From Bacillota bacterium (GTDB lineage Bacteria; Bacillota; UBA994; UBA5500), in contig JAAYHE010000029.1 in NCBI GenBank assembly GCA_012735505.1, forward strand, positions 1,988-65,987: a stretch of DNA of 64,000 bases. The letters are read 5' to 3'. This document shows, one piece after another, positions 17,061 through 26,530 of the stretch (positions within the stretch are counted from its first letter, which is position 1; every line of letters begins with the position of its first letter). The position numbers were made by a program, and so were the translations under genes. Below the pieces are notes generated by a model, which saw only the letters and a list, made by a program, of their open reading frames with translations, made no database searches and was not told where the DNA came from.

Positions 17061-18032
17061 CTACCTCCTCAAATCTAGCAGAGAGAGCACGTTATTATCA
17101 GCATGTCCGGTGGGGCGTAAGCCGTAGTGGATCTGCAGTCTGTTTACAGCAGTTTCTGTGTCGGGTCCGTAACGCCCATCGGTATATCCCGGATTAAAAC
17201 CCGCCTCGCGCAAGGCCAACTGTAGCACCTGTACTTCCTTACTATTTTGCCCAGGGCGTAGAGGCTGACTAATGCGCAGCCGTGGGTAAGGGCCGATAAT
17301 CGAGACCCGCGTGCCAACCTTGATCCACGGGTACAGTTCTTCCACATCTCTATTATGCATACGGATACAACCGGCGCTCGCTGCCGTGCCTATAGAGCTA
17401 GGGTTGTTGGTACCATGAATACCATATATCCCCCAAGGGACGTTGAGTCCTAGCCAGCGAGTCCCGAACCCTCCTCCCCAATTGGTACCTTTTTGGATGA
17501 TCCGCCATTCGCCTACGGGTGACTTAGTGGATGCTTTTCCTACGGCACATGGATATGTCTTGAAGACTTGATCATCAACCAGCAGAGTTAGCGTCCTTTT
17601 ATCCACATCAATTTCGATACGTAGCTCTCCTGGCGGCGGGCCGGGGGTAGCGACACTCAGGCTCTCATGGGCTAAGGCGATAGTTAGTGCGTTACGTTCT
17701 TGCGCACCAAAAACTCCCGTTGCTTTGAGACCTACCCAGCTTTGAAATCTTTCCACCGCTGCCGCAGTAGACTGATCGTAGACGCCGGTGATCGCATTAT
17801 TGTAATAGCCTAGGGTTGTGAGGATCGCCTGCAACTCTTCTACATCTGTTCCCTCCAGCGGAGGTGAATCTAATCGCATGTCCCGATCTTCATCTTGGCA
17901 GGCGCAATTGAGAGGATTGGCACTCGCTAGAGGGGCGGCAAGCGTGAAGCTTAGGACTAGAATACATAATGTCAGCCAAGTTTTTCGTCGCAAGATGAGC
18001 ACCTCCCTTACCTGTTCATTTTCTCTGTCCAC
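17061..18032 (-). CDS. L,D-transpeptidase (YkuD fold) flanked by peptidoglycan-binding domains
   Basis: Signal peptide. The catalytic motif GIHGTNNPSSIGTAASAGCIRM (conserved H...C) is present. PG-binding-like repeats lie at both the N- and C-terminus. Confidence 0.75.
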   Translation of the reverse strand: MDRENEQVREVLILRRKTWLTLCILVLSFTLAAPLASANPLNCACQDEDRDMRLDSPPLEGTDVEELQAILTTLGYYNNAITGVYDQSTAAAVERFQSWVGLKATGVFGAQERNALTIALAHESLSVATPGPPPGELRIEIDVDKRTLTLLVDDQVFKTYPCAVGKASTKSPVGEWRIIQKGTNWGGGFGTRWLGLNVPWGIYGIHGTNNPSSIGTAASAGCIRMHNRDVEELYPWIKVGTRVSIIGPYPRLRISQPLRPGQNSKEVQVLQLALREAGFNPGYTDGRYGPDTETAVNRLQIHYGLRPTGHADNNVLSLLDLRR

Positions 18033-18065
18033 TATATGAACAAGCCTGAGAAATTATGAGGTGGA

Positions 18066-18108
18066 AGCAAAAGGCTGGTTCAGATCTTTGCTGAACCAGC
18101 CTTCATTT
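18066..18108 (-). terminator. rho-independent terminator after nrdD (ggctggttcag/ctgaaccagcc stem)
   Basis: An 11-bp perfect stem with a 7-nt loop. U-tracts on both strands make it potentially bidirectional. Confidence 0.55.
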
Positions 18109-18146
18109 TCGTATTATCATGGCTCGTGGATGGCAGGTGCCCTTGT

Positions 18147-20177
18147 CTATGCGTGCGCCACCCGTGCCTTTAGTTCGGCCAGCTTGCCGGGGTTAAAACG
18201 ATCGACCGTTGATAGATAGCCGGTGATGCGGCGGATACGGCGAATGGCCTCAGATTTGCAGCTAGGACATTCCGCTGGGAAAACGCCGGTATAACCACAA
18301 GCTAAACACTCGTCGACGGGGAAGTTGATTGCTCCATAGCCGAATCCAGCAGCAGCCATAGCGCGGACGATAGCATCAGTTGCTTGCCAGTTAGGGCCGG
18401 GCGGAGCATCTAGCTCAACATAAGAGATGTGTCCGGCGTTGCATAGTTCGTGGAAAGGAGCTTCAACTTTGATCTTCTCTGCAATTCCTATGGAATGGTA
18501 GACAGGAACATGATAGGAGTTGGTGTAAAAATCGCGGTCGGTCACCCCCGGGATAGCCCCAAAACGCTCCCGGTCGGGAATGACCATTTTCCCAGAAAGC
18601 CCTTCTCCGGGAGTTGCTAATAGGGTAAAGTTTAACTTATGCGCCTCTGTAGCTTCATCACAGCGGCGCCGCATGTGGCTGATGATTTTATACCCTAAGG
18701 CATGGGCCTCCTTACTTTGTCCGTGATGTTGCCCGCAAAGTGCCATTAAAGCTTCAGCTAAACCAATAAACCCGATGCTGAGAGTACCATGTTTTATTGC
18801 AGGTTCAATACGGTCAGAGGATTGCAGTTGGTCACTATCTAAGTATACGTGTTGGCCCATTAAGAACGGCATATCCTTAGCCTTAAGGTTGGCCTGAATG
18901 CGGTAACGGTGTAAAAGCTGTTCAATTACTAGCTCTATCATTTCATCTAGAAGGGCAAAAAAACGGTCTATATTGCCCTCGGCTCTGATCGCCAGGCGAG
19001 GTAAATTGATGCTAGTGAAAGATAAATTGCCTCGTCCAGACGTTTGCGCGGGGCCGTTAATATTGCTAACTACGCGGGTGCGACAGCCCATGTAAGCTAC
19101 TTCGTCGGGGTTTTGATTAAAGGGCGAATCTAAGAAAGAAAAAGAAGGGTTTAGGCGCACGGAAGCGACTTCTAGGGCTAGTAAATAAAGATCGTAATTA
19201 GGATCCCCGGGCCTAAAATTGATACCCTCTTTCACCTTAAAAATGATATTAGGAAAAATAGGATGTTCGCCCCGCCCTAGGCCAGCCTTATAAGCAAGCA
19301 AAAGCTGCTTCGTTACCTTCCTCGCTCCTGCGCTGGTACCAGTGCCGACGTTAAGACTGCTAAAAGGTACTTGCGCCCCTGCCCGAGAATGTAAAGTGTT
19401 GAGATTAAATATGAGAGATTCCATCGCTTGGTAGACATCGTCATCGGATGCCTGTTCTGCGAAAGGGCCAATGTCTTTATCGAAGTTGGGAAAAGATTGG
19501 CCACCATGCATGTCATTCTGTAAGCCCTGCAAAATTATGGCCGCCAAGGCTGCCGCCGAACCAATACGCTTTGGCGGACGGATGTATCCGTGTCCAGGAT
19601 TGAACCCCTGGGATAACAAGCGATAGAGGTCGGTTTGCACGCAGGTGAGTGTCATGCCATACCAGGCAAAATCGTGGATATGAATGTCTTTCTGCTGATG
19701 GGCTGTTGCCATATGAGTTGGCAGACCGCGTCTTTCCCATAAGTAGGCACTAGCGGCTTCGAAGATTTGCAGACCCTTGGCAGATGGCGAATTGCCAACG
19801 TTGGCATTTTCTTTATGGGTCTCTTTCATAATCTGCTGCATGGTGTCTAATAGTGCATGTTTGCCTTCGCGATAGGCTGTCCTTTGATTACGGTATGTAA
19901 TATACGCCCGCGCTGTCCGCAGATAGCCAGTTTGCATGAGCACTCGTTCGGCAGCATCTTGTACTTCTTCTACTGTTGGAAAGGGTCCGGTGGTGAGCCG
20001 ACTCAGTTCCTCCAAAACCAACGGGCAGAGTTTGACCGCGGTGGCGGTGTCGCCTTCTTGGGTGGCGGCTAAAGCCTTACTTAAGGCAGCAATTATTTTC
20101 TCGGGTGCGAAATCCACCTGCCGCCCATCACGTTTTACAATGGTTTTAAAAGATATTTTCTTTTCTTTTATGGGCAT
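18147..20177 (-). CDS. nrdD: anaerobic ribonucleoside-triphosphate reductase (class III RNR) NrdD
   Basis: It has an N-terminal ATP-cone (VKRDGRQVDF). The C-terminus carries CLACGYTGVFPAECPSCKS and the glycyl-radical motif RRITGY. Start chosen at Met6 (ATG 20175-20177), which has a GGGAG RBS. The ORF track begins at 20192. Confidence 0.85.
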   Translation of the reverse strand: MPIKEKKISFKTIVKRDGRQVDFAPEKIIAALSKALAATQEGDTATAVKLCPLVLEELSRLTTGPFPTVEEVQDAAERVLMQTGYLRTARAYITYRNQRTAYREGKHALLDTMQQIMKETHKENANVGNSPSAKGLQIFEAASAYLWERRGLPTHMATAHQQKDIHIHDFAWYGMTLTCVQTDLYRLLSQGFNPGHGYIRPPKRIGSAAALAAIILQGLQNDMHGGQSFPNFDKDIGPFAEQASDDDVYQAMESLIFNLNTLHSRAGAQVPFSSLNVGTGTSAGARKVTKQLLLAYKAGLGRGEHPIFPNIIFKVKEGINFRPGDPNYDLYLLALEVASVRLNPSFSFLDSPFNQNPDEVAYMGCRTRVVSNINGPAQTSGRGNLSFTSINLPRLAIRAEGNIDRFFALLDEMIELVIEQLLHRYRIQANLKAKDMPFLMGQHVYLDSDQLQSSDRIEPAIKHGTLSIGFIGLAEALMALCGQHHGQSKEAHALGYKIISHMRRRCDEATEAHKLNFTLLATPGEGLSGKMVIPDRERFGAIPGVTDRDFYTNSYHVPVYHSIGIAEKIKVEAPFHELCNAGHISYVELDAPPGPNWQATDAIVRAMAAAGFGYGAINFPVDECLACGYTGVFPAECPSCKSEAIRRIRRITGYLSTVDRFNPGKLAELKARVAHA

Positions 20178-20193
20178 ACCATCCACTCCCATG

Positions 20194-20241
20194 CTACAAT
20201 ATCTAGTGTATGTTACATTTTTTTAGTACGATAATTAGTGT
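20194..20241. promoter_or_regulatory. tandem NrdR boxes (cTACAATATcTAGTGT and gtACGATAATTAGTGT) 32 bp apart in the nrdD/nrdG divergent region
   Basis: Both match the 16-bp NrdR-box consensus acaCwAtATaTwGtgt at 12-13 of 16 positions. The 32-bp phasing is typical, and nrdR is encoded in this window. Confidence 0.5.
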
Positions 20242-20283
20242 ATCAATCGGAGCGGATTCTTACAAGCCTTTGAGGTGATTAAT

Positions 20284-20757
20284 ATGCAAGTACGATTAGC
20301 TGGTATAAAACCTGAGAGCGTGACCGATGGAGTTGGTGTAAGAGCTGTTATTTATTTTCAGGGTTGCCCGCATGACTGCTTGGGTTGTCACAATCCTGAG
20401 AGCCACGATCCTAGCGCTGGCTATGCGGCAGATACCGCGGAAATATTGCCTGTCGTGCTCGGTAACCCTCTGGTCGAAGGAATTACCTTATCAGGTGGCG
20501 AACCTTTTGAGCAACCTCTCGCTGCCTTGGCTTTGGCGCGGGGAGCGAAGGAACGCGGAAAATCGGTTTGGGTGTATACGGGCTATAGGCTAGAGGAGAT
20601 CTTGCAACGCCCAGCCTGTAGACGGGTGCTTCGTTACATAGACGTGTTAGTGGATGGGCCCTTTGTCTTAGCAGAGAGAGATCTAGCTTTGCCCTATCGA
20701 GGTTCCCGCAATCAACGTTTACTGGCTCTAGCTGACTGGCAGGATTGGCTTAATTGA
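20284..20757 (+). CDS. nrdG: anaerobic ribonucleotide reductase activating protein NrdG (radical SAM)
   Basis: It has CPHDCLGCHNPE (a radical-SAM Cx3Cx2C variant) near the N-terminus. ATG at 20284 follows GAGGTG by 6 nt. The ORF track begins at GTG 20275. Confidence 0.8.
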   Translation: MQVRLAGIKPESVTDGVGVRAVIYFQGCPHDCLGCHNPESHDPSAGYAADTAEILPVVLGNPLVEGITLSGGEPFEQPLAALALARGAKERGKSVWVYTGYRLEEILQRPACRRVLRYIDVLVDGPFVLAERDLALPYRGSRNQRLLALADWQDWLN

Positions 20758-20819
20758 GAAGTGCTACTTTTTTAAGCGTTTCACGTATAGATAGGTAAAG
20801 GGGTGGGAGGTGAGCTAGG

Positions 20820-20996
20820 ATGCAAGTTCGCAGACTGACCAGGAGCAGAACCAACCGGGTGCTGACAGGGCTCTGCGGTGGGATTGGCGAATATTTAGGC
20901 ATAGATCCTGTTGTTATTCGCTTGATTTGGATTATTGTCCCGGGGCTAAACCTGTGCGCATATATAATCGGGTCCATCATCGTCCCTGAGGAATAA
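20820..20996 (+). CDS. PspC-domain small membrane protein (58 aa)
   Basis: Translation MQVRRLTRSRTNRVLTGLCGGIGEYLGIDPVVIRLIWIIV... matches the PspC-domain signature (R.R..R...GVCGGLAEY.G.DP..VR). An AAAGGGGTGGGAGG RBS precedes it. It is below the 60-aa ORF-track cutoff. Confidence 0.5.
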   Translation: MQVRRLTRSRTNRVLTGLCGGIGEYLGIDPVVIRLIWIIVPGLNLCAYIIGSIIVPEE

Positions 20997-21121
20997 CGTC
21001 TTAGCAGGAGGCTACTGAAAAGGTTCTGTTAGGGAAAGGATGACCGCTATATCTAGGACTAAGTGCGCTAACATGAGCGCGACCGGCTGTGCTTCCTGCA
21101 GTCGGCGGGGGAGGAGTTATT

Positions 21122-22141
21122 ATGCAGAAGCGTGTTTTAGCATTTTGCCTGCTTGCGTTACTCATGATTCCCAGAGGGGTAGCGCAAGCGGTAGTACCCG
21201 TTCTTAGTCATATCACTACCCAAGAAAAGATCATTGCCCTTACTTTTGATGACGGCTGGAGCAATTCTACTAGTGAAAAGGTGCGCCAGATCCTTCAGGA
21301 TCATACAGTCGTTGCCACCATTTTTCCCGTATCCACCTGGGCAGCTAGCAACCGGAGCATTATCAAGCGATTTCTGGATGATGGGCATGAAATTGGTAAT
21401 CATAGTGCAACCCACCCAAAGCTAACATCTCTAAGTCGGAAGCAACAAGAGCAAGAGATAAGGGAAGCACATGAGGCGCTGGCTAAACTGGCGGGTGAGC
21501 AACTAACCAATTTTTTTCGCCCCCCGTATGGAGCCTATAATCAGGACACCCTGCAGGTAGCTGCTAAATTGGGTTTGCAGCCTGTTACTTGGTCTGTTGA
21601 CAGCTGGGATTGGCGTGACATTCCGGTAGAACAGGTGGTAAAGCGAACGTTAGAAGGGGCGAAACCAGGAGCCGTTATTCTTATGCATCTAGCGGGGCGG
21701 AATACAGTTAAGGCATTACCGGGTATCATTACTGGTTTGCGGGAGCAGGGTTATAGATTTGTAAAATTGTCGGAGTTGTTTGCTGGCCATCCGGTAGCTA
21801 GGCCCGTTCAATCTGCCAGCAAACCGGTACAGCTAGAGTATCAAGGAGAGGCGCTACTGTTAGAGCCGGCTGCCAAGTTGAGAGACGGTATGACGCTGGT
21901 ACCCTGCCGAGAATTCTTGCAGCATTTTGGTTGGCAGGTGTTTTGGGATGGCGACAGGCAGCGAGCAGTCTGCCGCCAAGGTGTTAAATACTTTGTAGTT
22001 CAGAGTGGGAATACTGGGCCTGATGCGCTTGCTGGTAGCCTGGAGGGTGGAAAGCTGTTTGTGCCGCTCAGGCAGATAGCTGCGCAGATTGGCTTAGGGC
22101 TGGATTGGGATTCCCAGACTAATAAGGCTATCCTCCGTTGA
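21122..22141 (+). CDS. polysaccharide deacetylase (NodB homology) with a C-terminal copper-amine-oxidase-N-like stalk domain
   Basis: It has a signal peptide, TFDDGWS, HEIGNHSATHP and the other NodB motifs. A C-terminal roughly 100-aa domain ends ...GLGLDWDSQTNKAIL. ATG at 21122 follows GGGGGAGGAG. Confidence 0.75.
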   Translation: MQKRVLAFCLLALLMIPRGVAQAVVPVLSHITTQEKIIALTFDDGWSNSTSEKVRQILQDHTVVATIFPVSTWAASNRSIIKRFLDDGHEIGNHSATHPKLTSLSRKQQEQEIREAHEALAKLAGEQLTNFFRPPYGAYNQDTLQVAAKLGLQPVTWSVDSWDWRDIPVEQVVKRTLEGAKPGAVILMHLAGRNTVKALPGIITGLREQGYRFVKLSELFAGHPVARPVQSASKPVQLEYQGEALLLEPAAKLRDGMTLVPCREFLQHFGWQVFWDGDRQRAVCRQGVKYFVVQSGNTGPDALAGSLEGGKLFVPLRQIAAQIGLGLDWDSQTNKAILR

Positions 22142-22210
22142 ACTAACGGAGTGAATTTGTATGACAAGAAGCGTTCTGTCGAACGCTCCCTTTTGGATTC
22201 CTCGAAATAG

Positions 22211-22248
22211 AACCACGGCCTGATTCATAGCAGGTGGCCGTGGTTTTT
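22211..22248 (+). terminator. rho-independent terminator (aaccacggcc/ggccgtggtt + T5) after the deacetylase gene
   Basis: A 10-bp perfect stem that overlaps the stop of the convergent MFS gene. Confidence 0.5.
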
Positions 22249-23473
22249 ACTTATTCTTTTCGTTTTGCTTGTTTTGGCCAGGCATGGTAGGTGGTTTGAT
22301 ACAGGCATAAGCTACGCCTCCAATCAAGGCAACCGTAATGGCCGAAAAGATGAATAGCAGATTCTTGTTTTTTTCAACTAAAAGGCCGAAAGTAGGTGGT
22401 CCTAGGGCAGCTCCAAAAAATCGGGCGGTGCCGTAAAAGGCTGTAATCATCCCGCGTTCCCTCTGATCGGCTGCCCCAGTGATTAGCAAGTTGATGGCGG
22501 GCAATACACCGCCGGTGCCTATGCCTTGTAGCGTAGCCGCCGTCAACAATATATAGAGGTTATTAGTAAGGGCTGGGGCTAAAAGGGATATAGCAACCAA
22601 AAGCATGCCGCCTATCGAGACCCATTTGCATGTCTTGCCTGTTTGCTCCTGCAGCCAAGTGCCACTCAAATAGGAAGTCAGCGCCATGCCGAGGACGGGG
22701 ATGGCTATTACAAATCCCTTCTTTAAACCATCTATATTATATTCATCCTCCAAAACGTCCGAAAGATAGCTTAAAAGACCAAACAGCATAAACAAAACCA
22801 AAAGACCTGTTAGCAGGGCTGCTGCTAATGAGAGAGCGTCACGCCGCAGTATTTTGCCTATGCTACTCAGATAAGAGCGAATGCTATTGTGTTGCCGTTC
22901 CCGCTCGGGTTCTTGTACTTTCACCCAGACTCCTACTGCGATCGGTATCGCTAAGAGTGGGTAAATATAAAAAGGAGCAAACCAGATGATTAGCCCGGCC
23001 AGCGATCCGATAATCGGGCTGACGACCTTGCCTAAGCCGTTGGCCGATTCCAATAGACCGAGGGCTTTAGCCCGCTCTGACGATTGAAATATATCTCCTG
23101 TCAGGGCCATGGCCATTTGGTAAGTGCCCCCTCCGCCTAAACCCTGTAAAACCCGCGCGGCTAGAATCCAAGGGAAAGGCCGGGATGTGAGCAGAGCAGC
23201 CACCCCAGCTAGCAAACCTCCTAAACCAAAGATGAACAGGGCAGGTACGATCACAATTTTGCGTCCAAATCGATCCGAAAGGTATCCGGCAATAGGGATG
23301 GTCAAACCAGCCGGTATCGAAAAGGCAGTAACTATTAGCCCAATCTGAAAGGGAGACAATTTCATTTGCGACTGCATTAAAGGCAACACAGGGATCAGCA
23401 TGCTGTTGCTGAGGACCATTACAAATGGCACACCACAGAGAAGCGCAAAAGGCAAGCGCATTTTAGGTTTCAT
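22247..23473 (-). CDS. MFS transporter (12-TM)
   Basis: MFS motifs GYLSDRFGRKIVIV and LQGLGGGG. Start at ATG 23471-23473 (MKPKMRLPF), which has a GGAGG RBS. Confidence 0.7.
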   Translation of the reverse strand: MKPKMRLPFALLCGVPFVMVLSNSMLIPVLPLMQSQMKLSPFQIGLIVTAFSIPAGLTIPIAGYLSDRFGRKIVIVPALFIFGLGGLLAGVAALLTSRPFPWILAARVLQGLGGGGTYQMAMALTGDIFQSSERAKALGLLESANGLGKVVSPIIGSLAGLIIWFAPFYIYPLLAIPIAVGVWVKVQEPERERQHNSIRSYLSSIGKILRRDALSLAAALLTGLLVLFMLFGLLSYLSDVLEDEYNIDGLKKGFVIAIPVLGMALTSYLSGTWLQEQTGKTCKWVSIGGMLLVAISLLAPALTNNLYILLTAATLQGIGTGGVLPAINLLITGAADQRERGMITAFYGTARFFGAALGPPTFGLLVEKNKNLLFIFSAITVALIGGVAYACIKPPTMPGQNKQNEKNK

Positions 23474-23582
23474 TTGGCAGCCTCCTTGCGATGTTACTGG
23501 TTGGTACAAGCCAACCTATGTTAGCATCACCTTCCGCAAGGCACCGTATACAAGACTCGAAGCCACCCAGAGGCAGGCGCTA

Positions 23583-24990
23583 TCAGGACGCATGCCGTTC
23601 CTCAGTTTTCACCGACTCTCTTGTGCGCATACTGAGTAGCAGTACCCAAGCCGTCGCCTGCAAAAGCGCGGCTAAGAAAAAGCCACTATTAAAGCTGCCG
23701 GTTATGTCAACGATCAAACCTGTTATGGTGGGAGCTAATACCATACTCACAGTGCCTGCGAAATTGAGTAAAGCAAAGGCTTTACCGTGGGCCCTAGCGT
23801 CCGTTTGCTCTGCCACTGACGCGATCAGCAGCGGGTCGATAACTAGTTTTCCACTTAAGCCGTAAAGCAATAGGGCAGCATACAGCCCGAATAAGGAGGA
23901 CGACCAAACTACCATGGCCAAGGCAATAGCACCTGCTGGTAGCAAGCAGGCCATGATCCGCCGTCTTTGGCCGCTGCGATCGGCCAAATAGCCGAAGCCG
24001 ATGGCACTAGGGATGGTAGCAAGAGGCATTATGGTACTTACGGCTCCAGCTAGCCTCCCTCTATCTCCCTGGCAACTTGCAGGTAATAGGGTAACCAGGT
24101 GACGATAACATAAAACCCATACATGGACAGGGCACCAACCAAGAATAGCTTGATCAGATTAGCGTTGAGTTTAAATGTGGTTTGAGGGCCCGCCCCTGCC
24201 TTGGCCGCAGGCTGAACAACCTGATCAGGCTTAATTGCTTTGGCCATGATTCCAGTCAGTAGTAAGGTTGCGCCTCCGAAGAAAAGCAGAGGTACGCGCC
24301 AGTTTAATTCCAAACGCCAAACCATAAAAGAAGCTAACAGTGTACCAAGGCCAATGCCGAGGGCGCTGCCACTCATGGTGATGGCACTAGCTACCGTTTT
24401 GTAGCGGGAACTTGGCTAGCGCTAATGGCATATTGGGGAGAAAAATATGTTCCTTGGCTCAAACCTGTAACGGCGCGGGCACCCAAAAGCCAAGGATAGC
24501 TCCTAGCAAAGGCCGAGGCAATTGCACCTAGGGCATGCACCAAGAAACCGGGCACTAGTATTCTTTTGCGACCAAAGCGGTCGGCCAATAAGCCTGCTGG
24601 AACTTGTGCGGCAGCGTAGAAAAAGAAAAAAAGTGAATTAAGCAACCCCAATTGGGTGCGATTTAAGTGCCATGACGTTTCCAAAACAGCCATTATTCCC
24701 GTTAGGGCGGTGCGGTTGGCATACATGAGCAGCCAGCCTAAGAAAAAGATGGCCACCAGTTTTTTCCAATAGCTATCCTTGATCACGATATTGCCTCCTA
24801 ATATTAATGTATACAGATGCTCAGTCTCTGGCAGGTTTTGCTTGTTGAGAAGTTCTGTCCTAATTTTAGCTGTGGTATTATAAGAAAAAGTAGGCTGGAA
24901 GCCCCAACTTATAGCCGGCCGGGAATTGCCCCAGGCCGGATACACGAATGGTAGCAAACATGGCGCGAGCATGACGCAATGTCGGCACAA
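23583..24990 (-). pseudogene. MFS transporter gene broken into three consecutive ORFs (frameshifts)
   Basis: The ORFs 24391..24990 (MFS N-half, ...ADRFGRKRILVPG...), 24050..24376 (middle) and 23583..24029 (C-terminal TMs) are collinear on the minus strand. Together they reconstitute one roughly 450-aa MFS protein. Confidence 0.55.
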
Positions 24991-25004
24991 AGGAGGTTTT
25001 ATAT

Positions 25005-25742
25005 TTGGACCCCGTTGCTTTTACGGTTGCTGGCATCCCTATCCGCTGGTATGGCATCTTGATTGCGGCGGGAATGTTTATCGGGTTACAATTGGCCTTG
25101 CGCGAAATCAAACGTTTAGGCGAAGATGAGGACAAGTTTATCGACCTGTTTTTGTGGGCCATACCGGCGGCGATCTTAGGAGCCCGTTTATACTACGTTG
25201 CTTTTTCCGGTATGCTAGATTGGTATTTGCGACATCCCCTAGAAATTCTCAACACCCGGCACGGAGGTATGGCCATCCATGGTGGGCTAATAGGGGGCTT
25301 CTTAGCGGGTTGGATATATACGCGCCGGCACCGGATCAACTTTCGTAAGTGGGCAGATGTCGCAGCGCCTAGTGTCATTTTGGGGCAAGCGATAGGGCGT
25401 TGGGGCAACTTTTTTAACCAAGAGGCTTACGGACGCGAAACAAATTTGCCTTGGGCCATGTACATTGATGGGGCTTATCGGCATCCTACTTTTCTTTATG
25501 AATTCCTGTGGAATATGTTGGTGTTTGCCTGGTTGTTAAGGCAACGGCGTCGAAAAAGATTCGATGGCGAAATAGTGCTTTGGTATTTCATGCTCTATTC
25601 CATAGGGCGCTTCTTTATCGAAGGTTTGCGTACCGACAGCCTCATGCTGGGGCCTTTGCGTGTTGCCCAGCTACTGAGTTTGTTGGTAATACTGATTAGC
25701 GGCTGGCTCCTGAGACGCGGTAGACAAAAGGTGCAAAGCTGA
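25005..25742 (+). CDS. lgt: prolipoprotein diacylglyceryl transferase Lgt
   Basis: Lgt signature motifs (IRWYGIL, HGGLIGG, GNFFNQEAYG). TTG start 8 nt after AAGGAGG. Confidence 0.85.
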   Translation: MDPVAFTVAGIPIRWYGILIAAGMFIGLQLALREIKRLGEDEDKFIDLFLWAIPAAILGARLYYVAFSGMLDWYLRHPLEILNTRHGGMAIHGGLIGGFLAGWIYTRRHRINFRKWADVAAPSVILGQAIGRWGNFFNQEAYGRETNLPWAMYIDGAYRHPTFLYEFLWNMLVFAWLLRQRRRKRFDGEIVLWYFMLYSIGRFFIEGLRTDSLMLGPLRVAQLLSLLVILISGWLLRRGRQKVQS

Positions 25743-25797
25743 AGAAAATGGGCAGAAGGGTCATCTCCAGGGCGAGATGGCCTTTTTGTTTTGAGGT

Positions 25798-26247
25798 TTA
25801 GGTAATCCCTCTGGTTGTTAGCCAGCTGATTAACGGGTATCCTAGGCCGACTACCACAACAGCCTCGCTAATTGATAAGGTCAACACGCACAACCAATAG
25901 GGTAAACCTAGCATCGGTGCTAAATAGATACTCACTAAAAATCCGTTTAGCAGCACCGGCCAGACATATGCCAGCCAACTATCTCTCGTGCGATAGGTCA
26001 AATAGGCGGCCATTAGGGTAATCAAGCTACCGCCGAAAATGTCTACCGGGCCTAATCCACCTAAGAAGTTGGCCAACATTACCCCTATATAGAGGGCTAC
26101 TATCGACTCGGGAAATATAATGGGTAATACCGTCAAAGCTTCACTCGCTCTAAATTGAATGTGTCCAAAGCCGACAGGCGCAACCACGAAGGTTATAGTC
26201 ACATACAGGCTAGCAATTATTGCCCCTCGTACCAATCTTTTTGTCAC
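25798..26247 (-). CDS. queT: QueT-family queuosine-precursor transporter (ECF S-component-like)
   Basis: A roughly 150-aa 5-TM protein with the RASEALTVLP motif characteristic of QueT. GTG start preferred (RBS GAGGATGG). Confidence 0.55.
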   Translation of the reverse strand: MTKRLVRGAIIASLYVTITFVVAPVGFGHIQFRASEALTVLPIIFPESIVALYIGVMLANFLGGLGPVDIFGGSLITLMAAYLTYRTRDSWLAYVWPVLLNGFLVSIYLAPMLGLPYWLCVLTLSISEAVVVVGLGYPLISWLTTRGIT

Positions 26248-26530
26248 TTCGTCCACCATCCTCGTGCGGTAAATTCAGTCTTTAGCAGCAGTGTCAAAGT
26301 TGACTCAGCAAACATAGTCTAATAGAACAACAGGTAAATAGCAACTTGGCGCGATGAAAGTGCAAGCTGGTTAACACACTCAGGGGAGAAAATACATATT
26401 ATGCAGCATGCGCCTGGTTAAGAAGTCGTGGTGGAACACAATTATGCTCCTTTTCATAAGATGGTCTGAGAGTACCGCACGACGCGCTCCCTGGCGCCGA
26501 GCAGAATGAGCAAAGGAGGGAAAAGGAAGC

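Noticed and set aside
24926-25484. Several 60-70-aa ORFs on both strands around lgt (24926..25129, 25154..25348, 25193..25408, 25302..25484)
   Set aside because: All lie inside or antisense to the well-supported lgt coding frame. They are overlap artefacts.
26248-26400. preQ1 riboswitch expected upstream of queT
   Set aside because: The reverse complement of this region lacks the preQ1-I signature (CCC...AAAAAACTA). No other known queuosine-related motif was seen.
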